Source of the DNA: an uncultured Clostridia bacterium
GTDB taxonomy: Bacteria; Bacillota; Clostridia; Christensenellales; CAG-138
DNA: 64,000 bases
Assembly (NCBI GenBank): GCA_944366945.1
Contig: CALVWJ010000001.1
Location: forward strand, 98,404-162,403
Direction: 5' to 3'
The translations under genes and the position numbers were made by a program. Below the pieces are notes generated by a model. It saw nothing but the letters and a program-made list of their open reading frames with translations. It made no database searches and had not been told where the DNA came from. Shown here one piece after another: positions 46,705-55,970 of the stretch. Position 1 is the first letter of the stretch. Each line of letters begins with the position of its first letter.

Positions 46705-47115
46705 TTGATACGTGTGATTTTCGGCGAAAAGGGTGCGGGCAAGACGAAGCAGATCATCGACATGGCGAACGAATCGATCAAGACCGCAAAAGGAAGCATC
46801 GTTTTTATCGACAATGACAGCCAGTATATGTTTGAACTCAAGCACAGCATTCGCTTTATTGATGCATCTGAGTTCCATATCGATGGCCCCAAAATGTTTT
46901 ATGGGTTCCTTTCCGGCATAGCAGCGCAGGATTTTGATCTTGAATACCTGTTCATTGATGGCTTCTTAAAGATCGTACATCATTCCCTCGAAACGCTTGA
47001 AGGGCTTTTCACCGAATTAAAGAATTTCTCCGACCGCACGGATGTGAAACTGGTCATCAGCATCAGCGGAAACGCAGCGGATGCGCCGGAGTTTATTAAA
47101 CCCTATCTGCTCTAA
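46705..47115 (+). CDS. small P-loop-containing protein, function unknown
   Basis: 136 aa. TTG start 8 nt after GGAAGGAGGG. Walker-A-like GEKGAGKT at residues 7-14 and a hydrophobic-D stretch YLFIDGF. Confidence 0.6.
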   Translation: MIRVIFGEKGAGKTKQIIDMANESIKTAKGSIVFIDNDSQYMFELKHSIRFIDASEFHIDGPKMFYGFLSGIAAQDFDLEYLFIDGFLKIVHHSLETLEGLFTELKNFSDRTDVKLVISISGNAADAPEFIKPYLL

Positions 47116-47141
47116 TCCGGCTGAAATCGGATGGCGATTTT

Positions 47142-47170
47142 GCGGGTGCAACGCACCCGCTTATTTTTTT
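47142..47170 (+). terminator. intrinsic terminator
   Basis: GCGGGTGC-aac-GCACCCGC followed by TTATTTTTTT. Confidence 0.8.
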
Positions 47171-47360
47171 GCGCAGCTGTAGAAACATGTGCGTACGTGG
47201 CGAATTATGGCGTGTTTTTCTGAAACATTTAGCAAAAAGTGGTGGGAATCATACAATTATTTGACGCATAGCCTTTCATTTGGTAGAATATACCTTGTTT
47301 ATCCCCTGCAGAGGGATGAAAATTAGCCGCCCTTTCGGGTTGGCATGGAGGTATAACAAT

Positions 47361-48590
47361 ATGAAGTCCTGGGTAAGGACAATCCTATATTTTCTTGCCG
47401 TGATCCTCATCACAGCAAGCGTGACTGCCGGGATTACGGTGTCGATTCTCAACCAGCAGCGGGAGGATGTGGTCGTGCTTTCTGCTGAGGAGTATGCAGA
47501 GATCAGCCAGCTGTTGTTCCTGGATGAGATTATAGAGCGCGTGCAGAGCGAATCGCTCAACGATCCCCCTTCGCGCGAAGAACTGCTCAATGCGGCAGCA
47601 GAAGGCATTGTAGCAGCGTTGGATGACCCTTATGCAGCATATTATACGGCGGAGGAATATGAAGCGTATCTTTCCAACATTAATGGGCAGTATAACGGCA
47701 TCGGAATTCTTGTGGGTCAACCGGATGCGCAGGGCGCGCCAGTGCTGGATGTATATGATGAAACACCAGCAGCAGAGGCAGGAATTCTACCCGGTGACAT
47801 TATCACAGCGGTAGATGGGGCCAGCACAAGCAACCTCTTGCTGGATGAGGTCGCTGCCGCCATCAACAAGGAAGTAGATGAACGCATTGTACTTACGCTC
47901 AAACGCGATACGGAAACGCTCGAAGTTGAAGTAACCTGCGCGGCATTGAATTTAAAGCGTGTAACCAGCGCGCTGTTCAACCAGCGCACGGGCTATATTC
48001 GCATCAGTATGTTCAGCGGGAATTGCGCTACAGAGTTTAGCGATGCGATTAAGGACTTAACGGACCGCGGAATGCGTTCACTTGTGATTGATCTCAGAAA
48101 TAACCCAGGTGGTTCGCTCACGGATGTTGTAAGCATTGCGGATACGCTGCTTGGCAAAGGCACGATTGTGAGTGTACGTGGGCGCTTGGAGGCAGAAGGG
48201 AAAGAATACAGTTCAAACGCTAAGGGTGTAGAGGTGCCGATGGCGGTCCTTGTAAACGAAAACTCGGCTTCCGCAAGTGAAATCCTTGCGGCTGCCGTGC
48301 AGGATTTTGAAGCGGGCATCGTTGTGGGCATGACTACTTATGGCAAGGGGGTCGTGCAGACCACCATGCAGATTGAAGGCAACCGTGCGTGGCTCAAATT
48401 AACTACGGACGCATATTATACGCCAAAGGGTGCAAACATTGATGGAACAGGCGTAACGCCGGATATTGAGATTGACCTGCCGGAAGAGCTCAAGGGCCTT
48501 GCGATAGATGAGATTGAACAGGATGATGACGCGCAGCTCTGGGCAGCGCTGGATTATGTGCGTGCGCTGGCAAATGAAACGGAGGAATAA
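47361..48590 (+). CDS. S41 family C-terminal processing peptidase
   Basis: Start at ATG 47361, behind GGAGGT. N-terminal TM segment, PDZ domain, and a catalytic region containing SASASE and GKG. Confidence 0.88.
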   Translation: MKSWVRTILYFLAVILITASVTAGITVSILNQQREDVVVLSAEEYAEISQLLFLDEIIERVQSESLNDPPSREELLNAAAEGIVAALDDPYAAYYTAEEYEAYLSNINGQYNGIGILVGQPDAQGAPVLDVYDETPAAEAGILPGDIITAVDGASTSNLLLDEVAAAINKEVDERIVLTLKRDTETLEVEVTCAALNLKRVTSALFNQRTGYIRISMFSGNCATEFSDAIKDLTDRGMRSLVIDLRNNPGGSLTDVVSIADTLLGKGTIVSVRGRLEAEGKEYSSNAKGVEVPMAVLVNENSASASEILAAAVQDFEAGIVVGMTTYGKGVVQTTMQIEGNRAWLKLTTDAYYTPKGANIDGTGVTPDIEIDLPEELKGLAIDEIEQDDDAQLWAALDYVRALANETEE

Positions 48591-48594
48591 AACC

Positions 48595-48645
48595 GCTAAA
48601 AAACAGGCCTTCCAGCATGGTGCTGGAAGGCCTGTTCTGTTTTAG
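48595..48645. terminator. bidirectional terminator between convergent genes
   Basis: AAAAAACAGGCCTTCCAGCA-tg-GTGCTGGAAGGCCTGTTCTGTTTT. Confidence 0.8.
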
Positions 48646-48649
48646 CCCG

Positions 48650-48862
48650 TTATTCGTTTTCGTCGGAATGCCGGACGCCGTCCCTGCGGAACAGGATTGA
48701 AATACCCCAGATGCCCGCAAGGCCAACGATCGTATAGATGATGCGCGATACGATGGTGCTCATGCCGCCGAATATGCTGGCAATGAGGTCGAACTGAAAC
48801 AGGCCGATCATACCCCAGTTCAGCGCACCAATGATGACGAGAATTAGCGCAAGTGTATCCAT
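48650..48862 (-). CDS. DUF378 family membrane protein
   Basis: Start at ATG 48862, behind AAAGGAGAAAGG. The sequence LILVIIGALNWGMIGLFQFDLIA is the typical DUF378 signature. Confidence 0.8.
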   Translation of the reverse strand: MDTLALILVIIGALNWGMIGLFQFDLIASIFGGMSTIVSRIIYTIVGLAGIWGISILFRRDGVRHSDENE

Positions 48863-48994
48863 GTGTTTCCTTTCTCCTTTGTCGTGATGCCAATATCTTG
48901 CGCAAGGATGCGCCGGGTTATGCAGGAAATCGCATGAAATGCACAGGCAATGATTCAAACAATTGAATGGAACATAGTTGCAAGCGCGCAAAAC

Positions 48995-49294
48995 TTAGCG
49001 CCCGCGCTGTACCTGGGATGATTGATCTCCTTTTTCTGGAAAAATTTCGATGGTGAGCTTATCGAATGCGATCGGCTCCATAAAATCCGCCTCTGTAAAC
49101 GCTGTATGCGAAAAATGCGCCAGATCATTTCGGTGCTTTTTTAAAAGTACAGGTCGCCCAAGGTCCAGCGCATGGCAGAGCGCGCCGAGAATGGGGTTCC
49201 AATCTTCCACAGACGCCTTGGAGATATCTGGAAAATCCATCACAATATCCTGCTGGATTTTTCCATCCGTGCGAATAGCAGCCCAGAGTTTCAA
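48995..49294 (-). CDS. hypothetical protein
   Basis: 99 aa with a TTG start. No family recognised. Confidence 0.45.
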   Translation of the reverse strand: MKLWAAIRTDGKIQQDIVMDFPDISKASVEDWNPILGALCHALDLGRPVLLKKHRNDLAHFSHTAFTEADFMEPIAFDKLTIEIFPEKGDQSSQVQRGR

Positions 49295-49413
49295 AGTTAT
49301 ATCCTGCGTACTGCGCCGCTAGCCCAGCGTCGCAGTACTTCCTTTCTTTATGCTGTTTTGCAAAACAGGGCGGATTGCATGCCATCCGCCCTGTTGCGTA
49401 CTATGTTTGGAGT

Positions 49414-51324
49414 TTAACCGTCCTTTAAGATAAACCAGGCATGCATGAGCGGCAGCGTAGAGCCGTCGGAAAGCGTGTAGGTACCGGCCGGGTCTGCATA
49501 GAGATTGTAGGTTTTGCCATCATCTGCAGCCACTTCGGATACGCCGCTGTAATAGGCAAACACAATGTCTCCCTGTGAAGTCTCAATCCGCGCAAGCACA
49601 TAGGGGGATGATTGGTAAACCTCTGTCACCTTTCCGGTAACCTTATAGCCCTGCTCATGTTCTGGATACTGTGAAATACGATCATAGTCCAAGACATGCA
49701 CGCTGCTCATGTAGCTGTCCTTATCCGGGCGATGCTCCAGGTAAAGCGTGCTGGATTTTGCCGCATTATCCTTTGTGGCCGTAATAACGGCAGCATAAAG
49801 GCCAACATCTTCCGTTTTTACCGTGAAGCTGAACGTCCCGGCAGTAGCATCCTGTGTAATGTCACCGTTGAGCTCAACGCCGGAAACGGTGATCACTGCG
49901 CCGGCTTCCATGGTGCCAGTCACGGTCATGGTAGAGCTTGTGCCATAACGCGCAACGGAATCATCCACAGCAAACGTTACATTCCCTTCCACAATGCCGG
50001 GCGTTGTGGAGGCGTTGTTCGGGTCCTCCGTGCCATAGGTAACATGGAAGGTTTGGGAAGCAGTCTGGTAACCGTTTTTGCGCGCTTCAACGGTAATGGT
50101 GTAAGCGCCGCTTTCGGGCAGCGTATAAGTTGTGGAGAAGTTGCCCGCTTCGTCGATGGGTACCTGCGTTTCGTTTACGTATACAGCCGCAGTGTTATCA
50201 CTGATTGTGCCTGTAATGGGGATCACAGCAGCATCCGTTGTGAAATCGCTTACGGTTGGTGCAGTGATGTTCATTTCAATTGCGGGGATGGAGATGACGA
50301 TCTCATCTTCAAATTCCACAGGCGTTTCTTCGCCATTGGGGCTAATCACGACCACGTTGGGCTTCACGTGCAGTTCGCTTTCCGTAAGCGGTTCATCGGG
50401 GATAAAGAGCTCTTCAGGAATACGCCATGCAACGCAGTTTTTCGTCTGCGCGCCAACGACATCTTCGCGCACGGTTTCACCCGAAGTGAAGCGCGCTGTA
50501 TAGTTGTTCTTGCAATAAATTGTAACGATATAGGCAGGATCGCCGGAATCGGTCTGTGATGCCTCAATCGTCGCAGCTTTGGGGAACGGCGTGCCACCAA
50601 ACGTATAGTCGAAGAATACGCCTACGTTACCATCAAAGTTGCGGTTCAAATAAATGACAGCAAAAACTGCAATCAGCACAACGAGCACTGCAACAGCTCC
50701 AATAAACAGCAGGTTGCGGTTGCCCGCTTTTAGGCCGCTATGCTTTTTACTGCGGATGGGCTTTGGATCATACTCAAGATCATCGTAATCATTATAGCCG
50801 CCGGTTGCCGGCTCTTCCGGAGCATGCCGCGGTGCTGTTGACTTTGCAGAAGGCATGGGCTTTGCAGAACGCGTAGCGCCTGCGGATGCGCTGCGCGCAG
50901 GCGTATAGGGGCGCACAGGCGCTTCTTCTGCTGTATGTACCCTGGCGCGCGGCGGCTCAGCCGCAGGCGCTACAGGCTCCTGTGCGGGCATATGCACGCG
51001 CACATTGCTACGATACCCGGCGTCGGTGGGCGCGGGCGCAGAAGGTTGCTGCGCCTGGGCTTGCTGTTGCGCCGGACGCGGATTGAAGCGCGAAGAATAG
51101 TTTGCGGGGATGTCTTCCTCGCTTACAGTATTTGCATCAAATTCAGGCTTGGGCCATTGCGGCGCGCGAACAAACCCCCAGGCCGGCGGAGTTTCACCCG
51201 TGGAGGCAACATAAGAATCCTCGGCGGGTATAGGCTCCGGCTCATCGGGTGTAAGCGGAGCGGCGCAATTTTCGCAATACTCGAGATAATCCTCGTTGTA
51301 TGCGCCGCAGACCTTACATTTCAT
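49414..51324 (-). CDS. zinc-ribbon / Pro-Ala-Gln-rich linker / single TM / extracellular Ig-like repeat protein
   Basis: Start at ATG 51324, behind AGGAGG (MKCKVCGAYNEDYLEYCENCAAPL). TM segment LLFIGAVAVLVVLIAVFAVIYL. Beta-rich C-terminal 400 aa. Confidence 0.75.
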   Translation of the reverse strand: MKCKVCGAYNEDYLEYCENCAAPLTPDEPEPIPAEDSYVASTGETPPAWGFVRAPQWPKPEFDANTVSEEDIPANYSSRFNPRPAQQQAQAQQPSAPAPTDAGYRSNVRVHMPAQEPVAPAAEPPRARVHTAEEAPVRPYTPARSASAGATRSAKPMPSAKSTAPRHAPEEPATGGYNDYDDLEYDPKPIRSKKHSGLKAGNRNLLFIGAVAVLVVLIAVFAVIYLNRNFDGNVGVFFDYTFGGTPFPKAATIEASQTDSGDPAYIVTIYCKNNYTARFTSGETVREDVVGAQTKNCVAWRIPEELFIPDEPLTESELHVKPNVVVISPNGEETPVEFEDEIVISIPAIEMNITAPTVSDFTTDAAVIPITGTISDNTAAVYVNETQVPIDEAGNFSTTYTLPESGAYTITVEARKNGYQTASQTFHVTYGTEDPNNASTTPGIVEGNVTFAVDDSVARYGTSSTMTVTGTMEAGAVITVSGVELNGDITQDATAGTFSFTVKTEDVGLYAAVITATKDNAAKSSTLYLEHRPDKDSYMSSVHVLDYDRISQYPEHEQGYKVTGKVTEVYQSSPYVLARIETSQGDIVFAYYSGVSEVAADDGKTYNLYADPAGTYTLSDGSTLPLMHAWFILKDG

Positions 51325-51553
51325 AATCAGAAAACCTCCTATACCAGGAATAATCAATTCATTATAGCAAATAAGCCCCATCATGAAAACACTTTTACGC
51401 TTTTATTTTGCAAACAAACTATGAAATTGGCTGTAAATGGGCTCCCACATTTTCATACAAACACTTTTATGATATAATCAAAAAAATAAAATGCAACAGT
51501 TGGAAAGACAATTATGCTGCATAGAAGCAGATATGCTTAACAGGAGTGACGCA

Positions 51554-53485
51554 ATGCGCCATTTTATCAAAAGAGGATGCTCAATCTTTATAAGCCTGTG
51601 CTTTATAGCGGTGGCATTTGCCGGCTGCGCGCACAAAAACGCTGAAGCGGGTCCAACGCCACAGCTTTTGGATGGCTATGAAACTACGGGAGAAATTGCT
51701 GGTGGTGGCACGCTGCTCAATGCAAACATCAGTGATGTAACGGCAGAAAAGGCAGATGGGGATACACGCCTTACGCTTTCCTTTATCGGCGGGAGCCGGA
51801 TATCCGGCGGCACGGATGAGCGCGAGGTTGCCAATGTGCCGCACTACACTGTGCGCATGCTTCCAGAGCCTACGCGGCTTGCGATCGCATTTGATTCCAT
51901 CACCTATTGGGATTATCTGCGCGAGCTGGATTTGCGTGCAAGCGATTTTGTGCTTGGCAGCTTTGGCGTCACGTTTGATGGAAGTGAAGCATTTACCTTG
52001 TATTTTCAGCTGGCAGGAGAGGCCGCCTTCCAGGTCGTGGAAAACAGGACCAGCATTGAGATTCTGCTTAGGCCAATCTCTGAACCGGAAACTGTAGAGG
52101 AACCCGTGCAAACGCCCGATGCAGATGCCGTGATCGACGTTATGGAAGAGGAATATGCCCAGGCAGGTGAAGCGTATTACGTTGTGGCAAATGCATTTGC
52201 TGCCTATTGCGCTGGCACGCTTTCGGATGCCTGGGGAATGACGCCTGTTCTTGCTGCGGATCAAAGCACGGTTTTGCTTATCTCAGAAGGATTTTCAGCA
52301 AAATCGGAGGCAGAGGATCTGCGCGCCCGCGTTCTTGCGCAGGAGGCAAGTGCTGTGCCTGCGGATTGGAGCGTGGTGAAACTCAAGAATGGCGCCCTCC
52401 CCGCATATGATGAAACTATGGAATACCTGGCTGCCTACGACCAGTTTCCAGCGCGCATTGATGGGGAGAAAGTGGAACTCACACCGATGATCCCGGATGG
52501 CCTTTTCCTTGCCACCACCCCGGAGCGGGATGGGTTTCTTTACAGCCGGCGGGTAACGCGCGGCGGGCTGGGAGAGACATACGAATGCGAGCTCCTTTGC
52601 GTGCAGGATGCGGATGGAACCTCCAAACCGCTGCTTTCCTACGAATTCCAGACCATTGAATCCGTGAAGTATTCTCCGGATGGGCGCAAGCTCGCCGTGC
52701 TGGAGCGGGCGGCGGAGAGCGCACACCTTTATGTGTTTGACGTGGACACAAAAGAGCTGCTGACCGACCTCACCGATATGGGGTTTGGCGACACCGTAAG
52801 CGCTTATGTGTGGGATAGCATGGGAGGCCGCGTATTTTCCATTGGCGGATCCGGCGAAATTGCAATCCATCAGTACGATTTCAACGTCCCTGCAGAAAAC
52901 AAGCGGCATACGGTTGTGGATCGTAAAGGCGTGGATGAAGGCAGCCTTGCGTTTTATGACGGCGAGCTATATTTTTGCGAAACTACGCTCGAAGAAGGCG
53001 GCATGATTTATCGTATTAAACCGGAAGGCGGCACGCGGCGCAGCTTTATGGCAGGCAATGCGTTTGCGCTTTCGAACGATGGACGCTATATGGCGTTCAG
53101 CGATTCTGGCGGGGATTCTGCAAGCGGCGTGGATGCGCATTTTAGCATCCGCGATATGCAAAGCGGGGCCTGCACCACGGTCACGGATGGATTTTCCGTG
53201 CATACGTTCCTTTGGTCGTACGATGCAACAACGCTTTATTATATTGAAAACAGGCTTTCCGGCAGTGCGGGGGAAGAAACGGAGAGCACTGGCAACGCGA
53301 ACGATGCATATCCTTACCGGCTCTGGGCATATGACGTGGCTTCCGGGGAAAACCGCGTGATTGCGGACCTTCCTTATGCATCCATCGCGGTTTCTCACCG
53401 TGCGGGCGAGGTATACCTTTGCTACATGGATGCCGCTACCCTGGGGGATGTGGTGCGCGCAACCTATGTGATAGCAACCGATTAG
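51554..53485 (+). CDS. lipoprotein with C-terminal TolB/PD40-like beta-propeller repeats
   Basis: Start at ATG 51554, behind AGGAG. Lipobox AFAGC. Repeats of SPDGRKLAV / SNDGRYMAF type. Confidence 0.7.
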   Translation: MRHFIKRGCSIFISLCFIAVAFAGCAHKNAEAGPTPQLLDGYETTGEIAGGGTLLNANISDVTAEKADGDTRLTLSFIGGSRISGGTDEREVANVPHYTVRMLPEPTRLAIAFDSITYWDYLRELDLRASDFVLGSFGVTFDGSEAFTLYFQLAGEAAFQVVENRTSIEILLRPISEPETVEEPVQTPDADAVIDVMEEEYAQAGEAYYVVANAFAAYCAGTLSDAWGMTPVLAADQSTVLLISEGFSAKSEAEDLRARVLAQEASAVPADWSVVKLKNGALPAYDETMEYLAAYDQFPARIDGEKVELTPMIPDGLFLATTPERDGFLYSRRVTRGGLGETYECELLCVQDADGTSKPLLSYEFQTIESVKYSPDGRKLAVLERAAESAHLYVFDVDTKELLTDLTDMGFGDTVSAYVWDSMGGRVFSIGGSGEIAIHQYDFNVPAENKRHTVVDRKGVDEGSLAFYDGELYFCETTLEEGGMIYRIKPEGGTRRSFMAGNAFALSNDGRYMAFSDSGGDSASGVDAHFSIRDMQSGACTTVTDGFSVHTFLWSYDATTLYYIENRLSGSAGEETESTGNANDAYPYRLWAYDVASGENRVIADLPYASIAVSHRAGEVYLCYMDAATLGDVVRATYVIATD

Positions 53486-53567
53486 CGTGCTTTTGTGTAG
53501 ATGAAAGGTATAAACTTCCGAAATTGGAGCATACTTCCTTTAAAAGTACTCCTTCGGAGGTGAAACA

Positions 53568-53801
53568 ATGGAAATTACTAGCCTGCTTCCGCGCCTTGCG
53601 GGCAAAGAGCGCGCTGCACGCGCAGAAGATCTTGAAATCCAGGAGGCGCTGAAAAAATGGAAGGATGCAACGCGCTTTTTTGAAAGCGTGAGCGATCCCG
53701 AACTGATGGATTATGCCATCTATGATATGGAGGCTGCGCGCCGCAAGTATATGTTCCTGCTCCACAGAAAAGCGCAGGGCAAACAAATCGGGCGCGCATG
53801 A
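53568..53801 (+). CDS. yaaL: YaaL family protein (DUF2508)
   Basis: 77 aa containing WKDATRFFESVSDPELMDYAIYDMEAARRKYMFLL. Confidence 0.8.
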   Translation: MEITSLLPRLAGKERAARAEDLEIQEALKKWKDATRFFESVSDPELMDYAIYDMEAARRKYMFLLHRKAQGKQIGRA

Positions 53802-53854
53802 GATTGGATGGGTAGAGCCTCCACCCATCCGCAACGATTTCGGAGGTGGAGGAT

Positions 53855-54118
53855 ATGACCCCTGTGAGCTCTATTATAGCATTTGCCGCCGGCTTGCTGA
53901 TTCTCTGGCTGATCTGCAAGCTGCTTTCCTTTCCACTTAAGGTGCTTTGGAAGCTTATAATAAACGCGATCCTGGGCGCAGTGATTCTGTTCCTGTTCAA
54001 CCTGGTTGGTGGATTCCTAAATCTTTCCATCCCGATTAATGCGCTAAATGCACTGATTACGGGCGTGTTGGGAATCCCGGGCGTCATTCTTCTTCTGATA
54101 TTGCAGTGGATTCTATAG
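53855..54118 (+). CDS. bofA: pro-sigma-K processing inhibitor BofA
   Basis: ATG 53855 lies 8 nt after GGAGG (the track start GTG 53846 is also possible). Two-TM protein with a C-terminal ITGVLGIPGVILLL, typical of BofA. Confidence 0.8.
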   Translation: MTPVSSIIAFAAGLLILWLICKLLSFPLKVLWKLIINAILGAVILFLFNLVGGFLNLSIPINALNALITGVLGIPGVILLLILQWIL

Positions 54119-54827
54119 TTGGCAGGTGGTTCCCGGTAAGCAGGCCAAAACGGACGGGCTGCATGCCTTCATCCGGCGCAAGATAGACCGTTAACTCGCT
54201 TTGATAAGCGGTGCAGCAGGCTGTAGACAACCACATGTCCTCAGCCTTTTGTATGCTGCAAAACAGCTCGGGCTGCCCGGCAGAAGCAATGGTAAACGTA
54301 AGCGTATCGCCCGAAAAACTGCCGGAGAGCGTTCTGCCATCTTGATAGGAAAAAGTAAAGGTATAGCCAGCAGCTGCGCTGCCCCACATGCTGCCAGTAC
54401 CTTCTGCTGCAGCTTCCAGGGTGCCGCTGTAGCCTTCTGCATCGCTCCCATAGAGCCTGCCGATGGTGATGCGCCCTTCGGAGAGTGACACGCGGTGCTC
54501 GGTAAGCAGCAGGGAATAAGAAAGGCCATCTATCGTTTGCATACCCGAAAGCCCCGCAGCATATTCATCCAAAATAGCGCTGCAATCCGCTTTAAATTCC
54601 GCATAAAATGCATACACCGGATTTACTGCAAAAGGTGTTGCGCTAACAGCAGGCGATGCTTCTGGTGTGGGTGTTGCCTCTGGGGAAAGAGAGGGCGCTA
54701 TGCTGGCAGCAGGCGATAGGGGTGAAGGGGAAAGCCCTGCTTCACCGGCATTACAGCCGAAAAAAAGCATGGCCGAAAGGCATGCTGAAAAAAACGCGAT
54801 CCATTTAAAATACAAACGCTTTTTCAT
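54084..54827 (-). CDS. lipoprotein, function unknown
   Basis: 247 aa. Signal peptide with lipobox LFFGC and a Ser/Pro/Ala-rich linker. Its 3' end overlaps the bofA 3' end by 35 bp. Confidence 0.65.
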   Translation of the reverse strand: MKKRLYFKWIAFFSACLSAMLFFGCNAGEAGLSPSPLSPAASIAPSLSPEATPTPEASPAVSATPFAVNPVYAFYAEFKADCSAILDEYAAGLSGMQTIDGLSYSLLLTEHRVSLSEGRITIGRLYGSDAEGYSGTLEAAAEGTGSMWGSAAAGYTFTFSYQDGRTLSGSFSGDTLTFTIASAGQPELFCSIQKAEDMWLSTACCTAYQSELTVYLAPDEGMQPVRFGLLTGNHLPTIESTAISEEE

Positions 54828-54845
54828 TTGAAAGGTTGCTTCGGG

Positions 54846-55868
54846 CTATTCTTCAGCCGAGTTTGCCTCCATTTGATCAAAATAAGTGAGAATTCCATTG
54901 AATAAGCCAATCGCGCAGCTTGTCTGATAGGAATCGCGGTTAAGGCGAATATCCTCCTGCGGATTGGAGAGCATGCCCATTTCGACTGCGACAACAGGCC
55001 GCTCAGACCAATTAAACCCGGTTTGATCCATTAAAGCCTTTAAATCAAGCATCGTCGCCCCGGTTGCAGCAGCAAAACTGTCATAAATGCATTGCCCGAG
55101 CCTAAGGCTTTCCTGGTAGATCGCAGCGCCATAGGCGCGCGAAGGAATAAGGATGCTCGCGCCGCTCTGCTTGGCAGAAGATGTACTGTCGCAATGCAGG
55201 CGCAGCCAGATATCCACGCCGGCATCATTCATCATCTGCGCGCGCTCCTTATTTGAAATCGAAACATCGGAAGTCTCACGCGTAAGCACAACCGTCGCCC
55301 CTTCGGCTTCAAGAAGATTTCGCAGCTTAAAGGCAACGAGCAGGTTGATCTTGCATTCTGGAACGCCCGTTTTTACGCCTGTGCTTCCAGCGCTCTGGCG
55401 TTCCTTTGTGCGTTCTACGCCGGGGGCAATCTGTTCAAGCCCCGCGTCTGCCGTTTCCTGCTGGCCGGGATCAATGCCGATTGTGCGCCCTGCGAGCCGC
55501 CCTTCCTTGTTTTGCTGTTCCGTTTCGGATTGCGGGAAAGATAGCAGCCCCACTTCAAAAGCATTCCAATATGCGGCAAAGGTGATGGGGCCAAACGAAC
55601 CATCTGCATCTACCCCCAACATCTTCTGCAATTCCATGACCGCTTCACGCGTCGCACCATCAAACAGGCCGGTGATTTCGCCATCATAAAAGCCAAGGGC
55701 GCGCAATTCCGATTGTAACACCATTACGTCATCCCCAAAATCACCCGCAGAAAGGATCTCCTGGGAAGGCGTTTGCGGCATGCTCGGCGCAGCAAAGGCA
55801 GCGTTGCACGAAGCAAACGCTGCAAAAACGCAGAAGAGCGCGGCAAGCCGCTTTAACAGAAGACGCAT
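54846..55868 (-). CDS. N-acetylmuramoyl-L-alanine amidase (Amidase_3) with PG_binding_1 domain
   Basis: 340 aa. Signal peptide, a GDFGDDVMVLQSELRALGF repeat, and a C-terminal amidase_3 core (IWLRLHCDS...VAVEMG). Confidence 0.85.
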   Translation of the reverse strand: MRLLLKRLAALFCVFAAFASCNAAFAAPSMPQTPSQEILSAGDFGDDVMVLQSELRALGFYDGEITGLFDGATREAVMELQKMLGVDADGSFGPITFAAYWNAFEVGLLSFPQSETEQQNKEGRLAGRTIGIDPGQQETADAGLEQIAPGVERTKERQSAGSTGVKTGVPECKINLLVAFKLRNLLEAEGATVVLTRETSDVSISNKERAQMMNDAGVDIWLRLHCDSTSSAKQSGASILIPSRAYGAAIYQESLRLGQCIYDSFAAATGATMLDLKALMDQTGFNWSERPVVAVEMGMLSNPQEDIRLNRDSYQTSCAIGLFNGILTYFDQMEANSAEE

Positions 55869-55970
55869 TACAAACGAAAACTCCCGAAATTTGATACCTT
55901 TATTCTAACATCCTCTTCGAATTTTGCAATCGCCCAACGATAAATAAACTGTGAATTTAACCTGTGCTGC

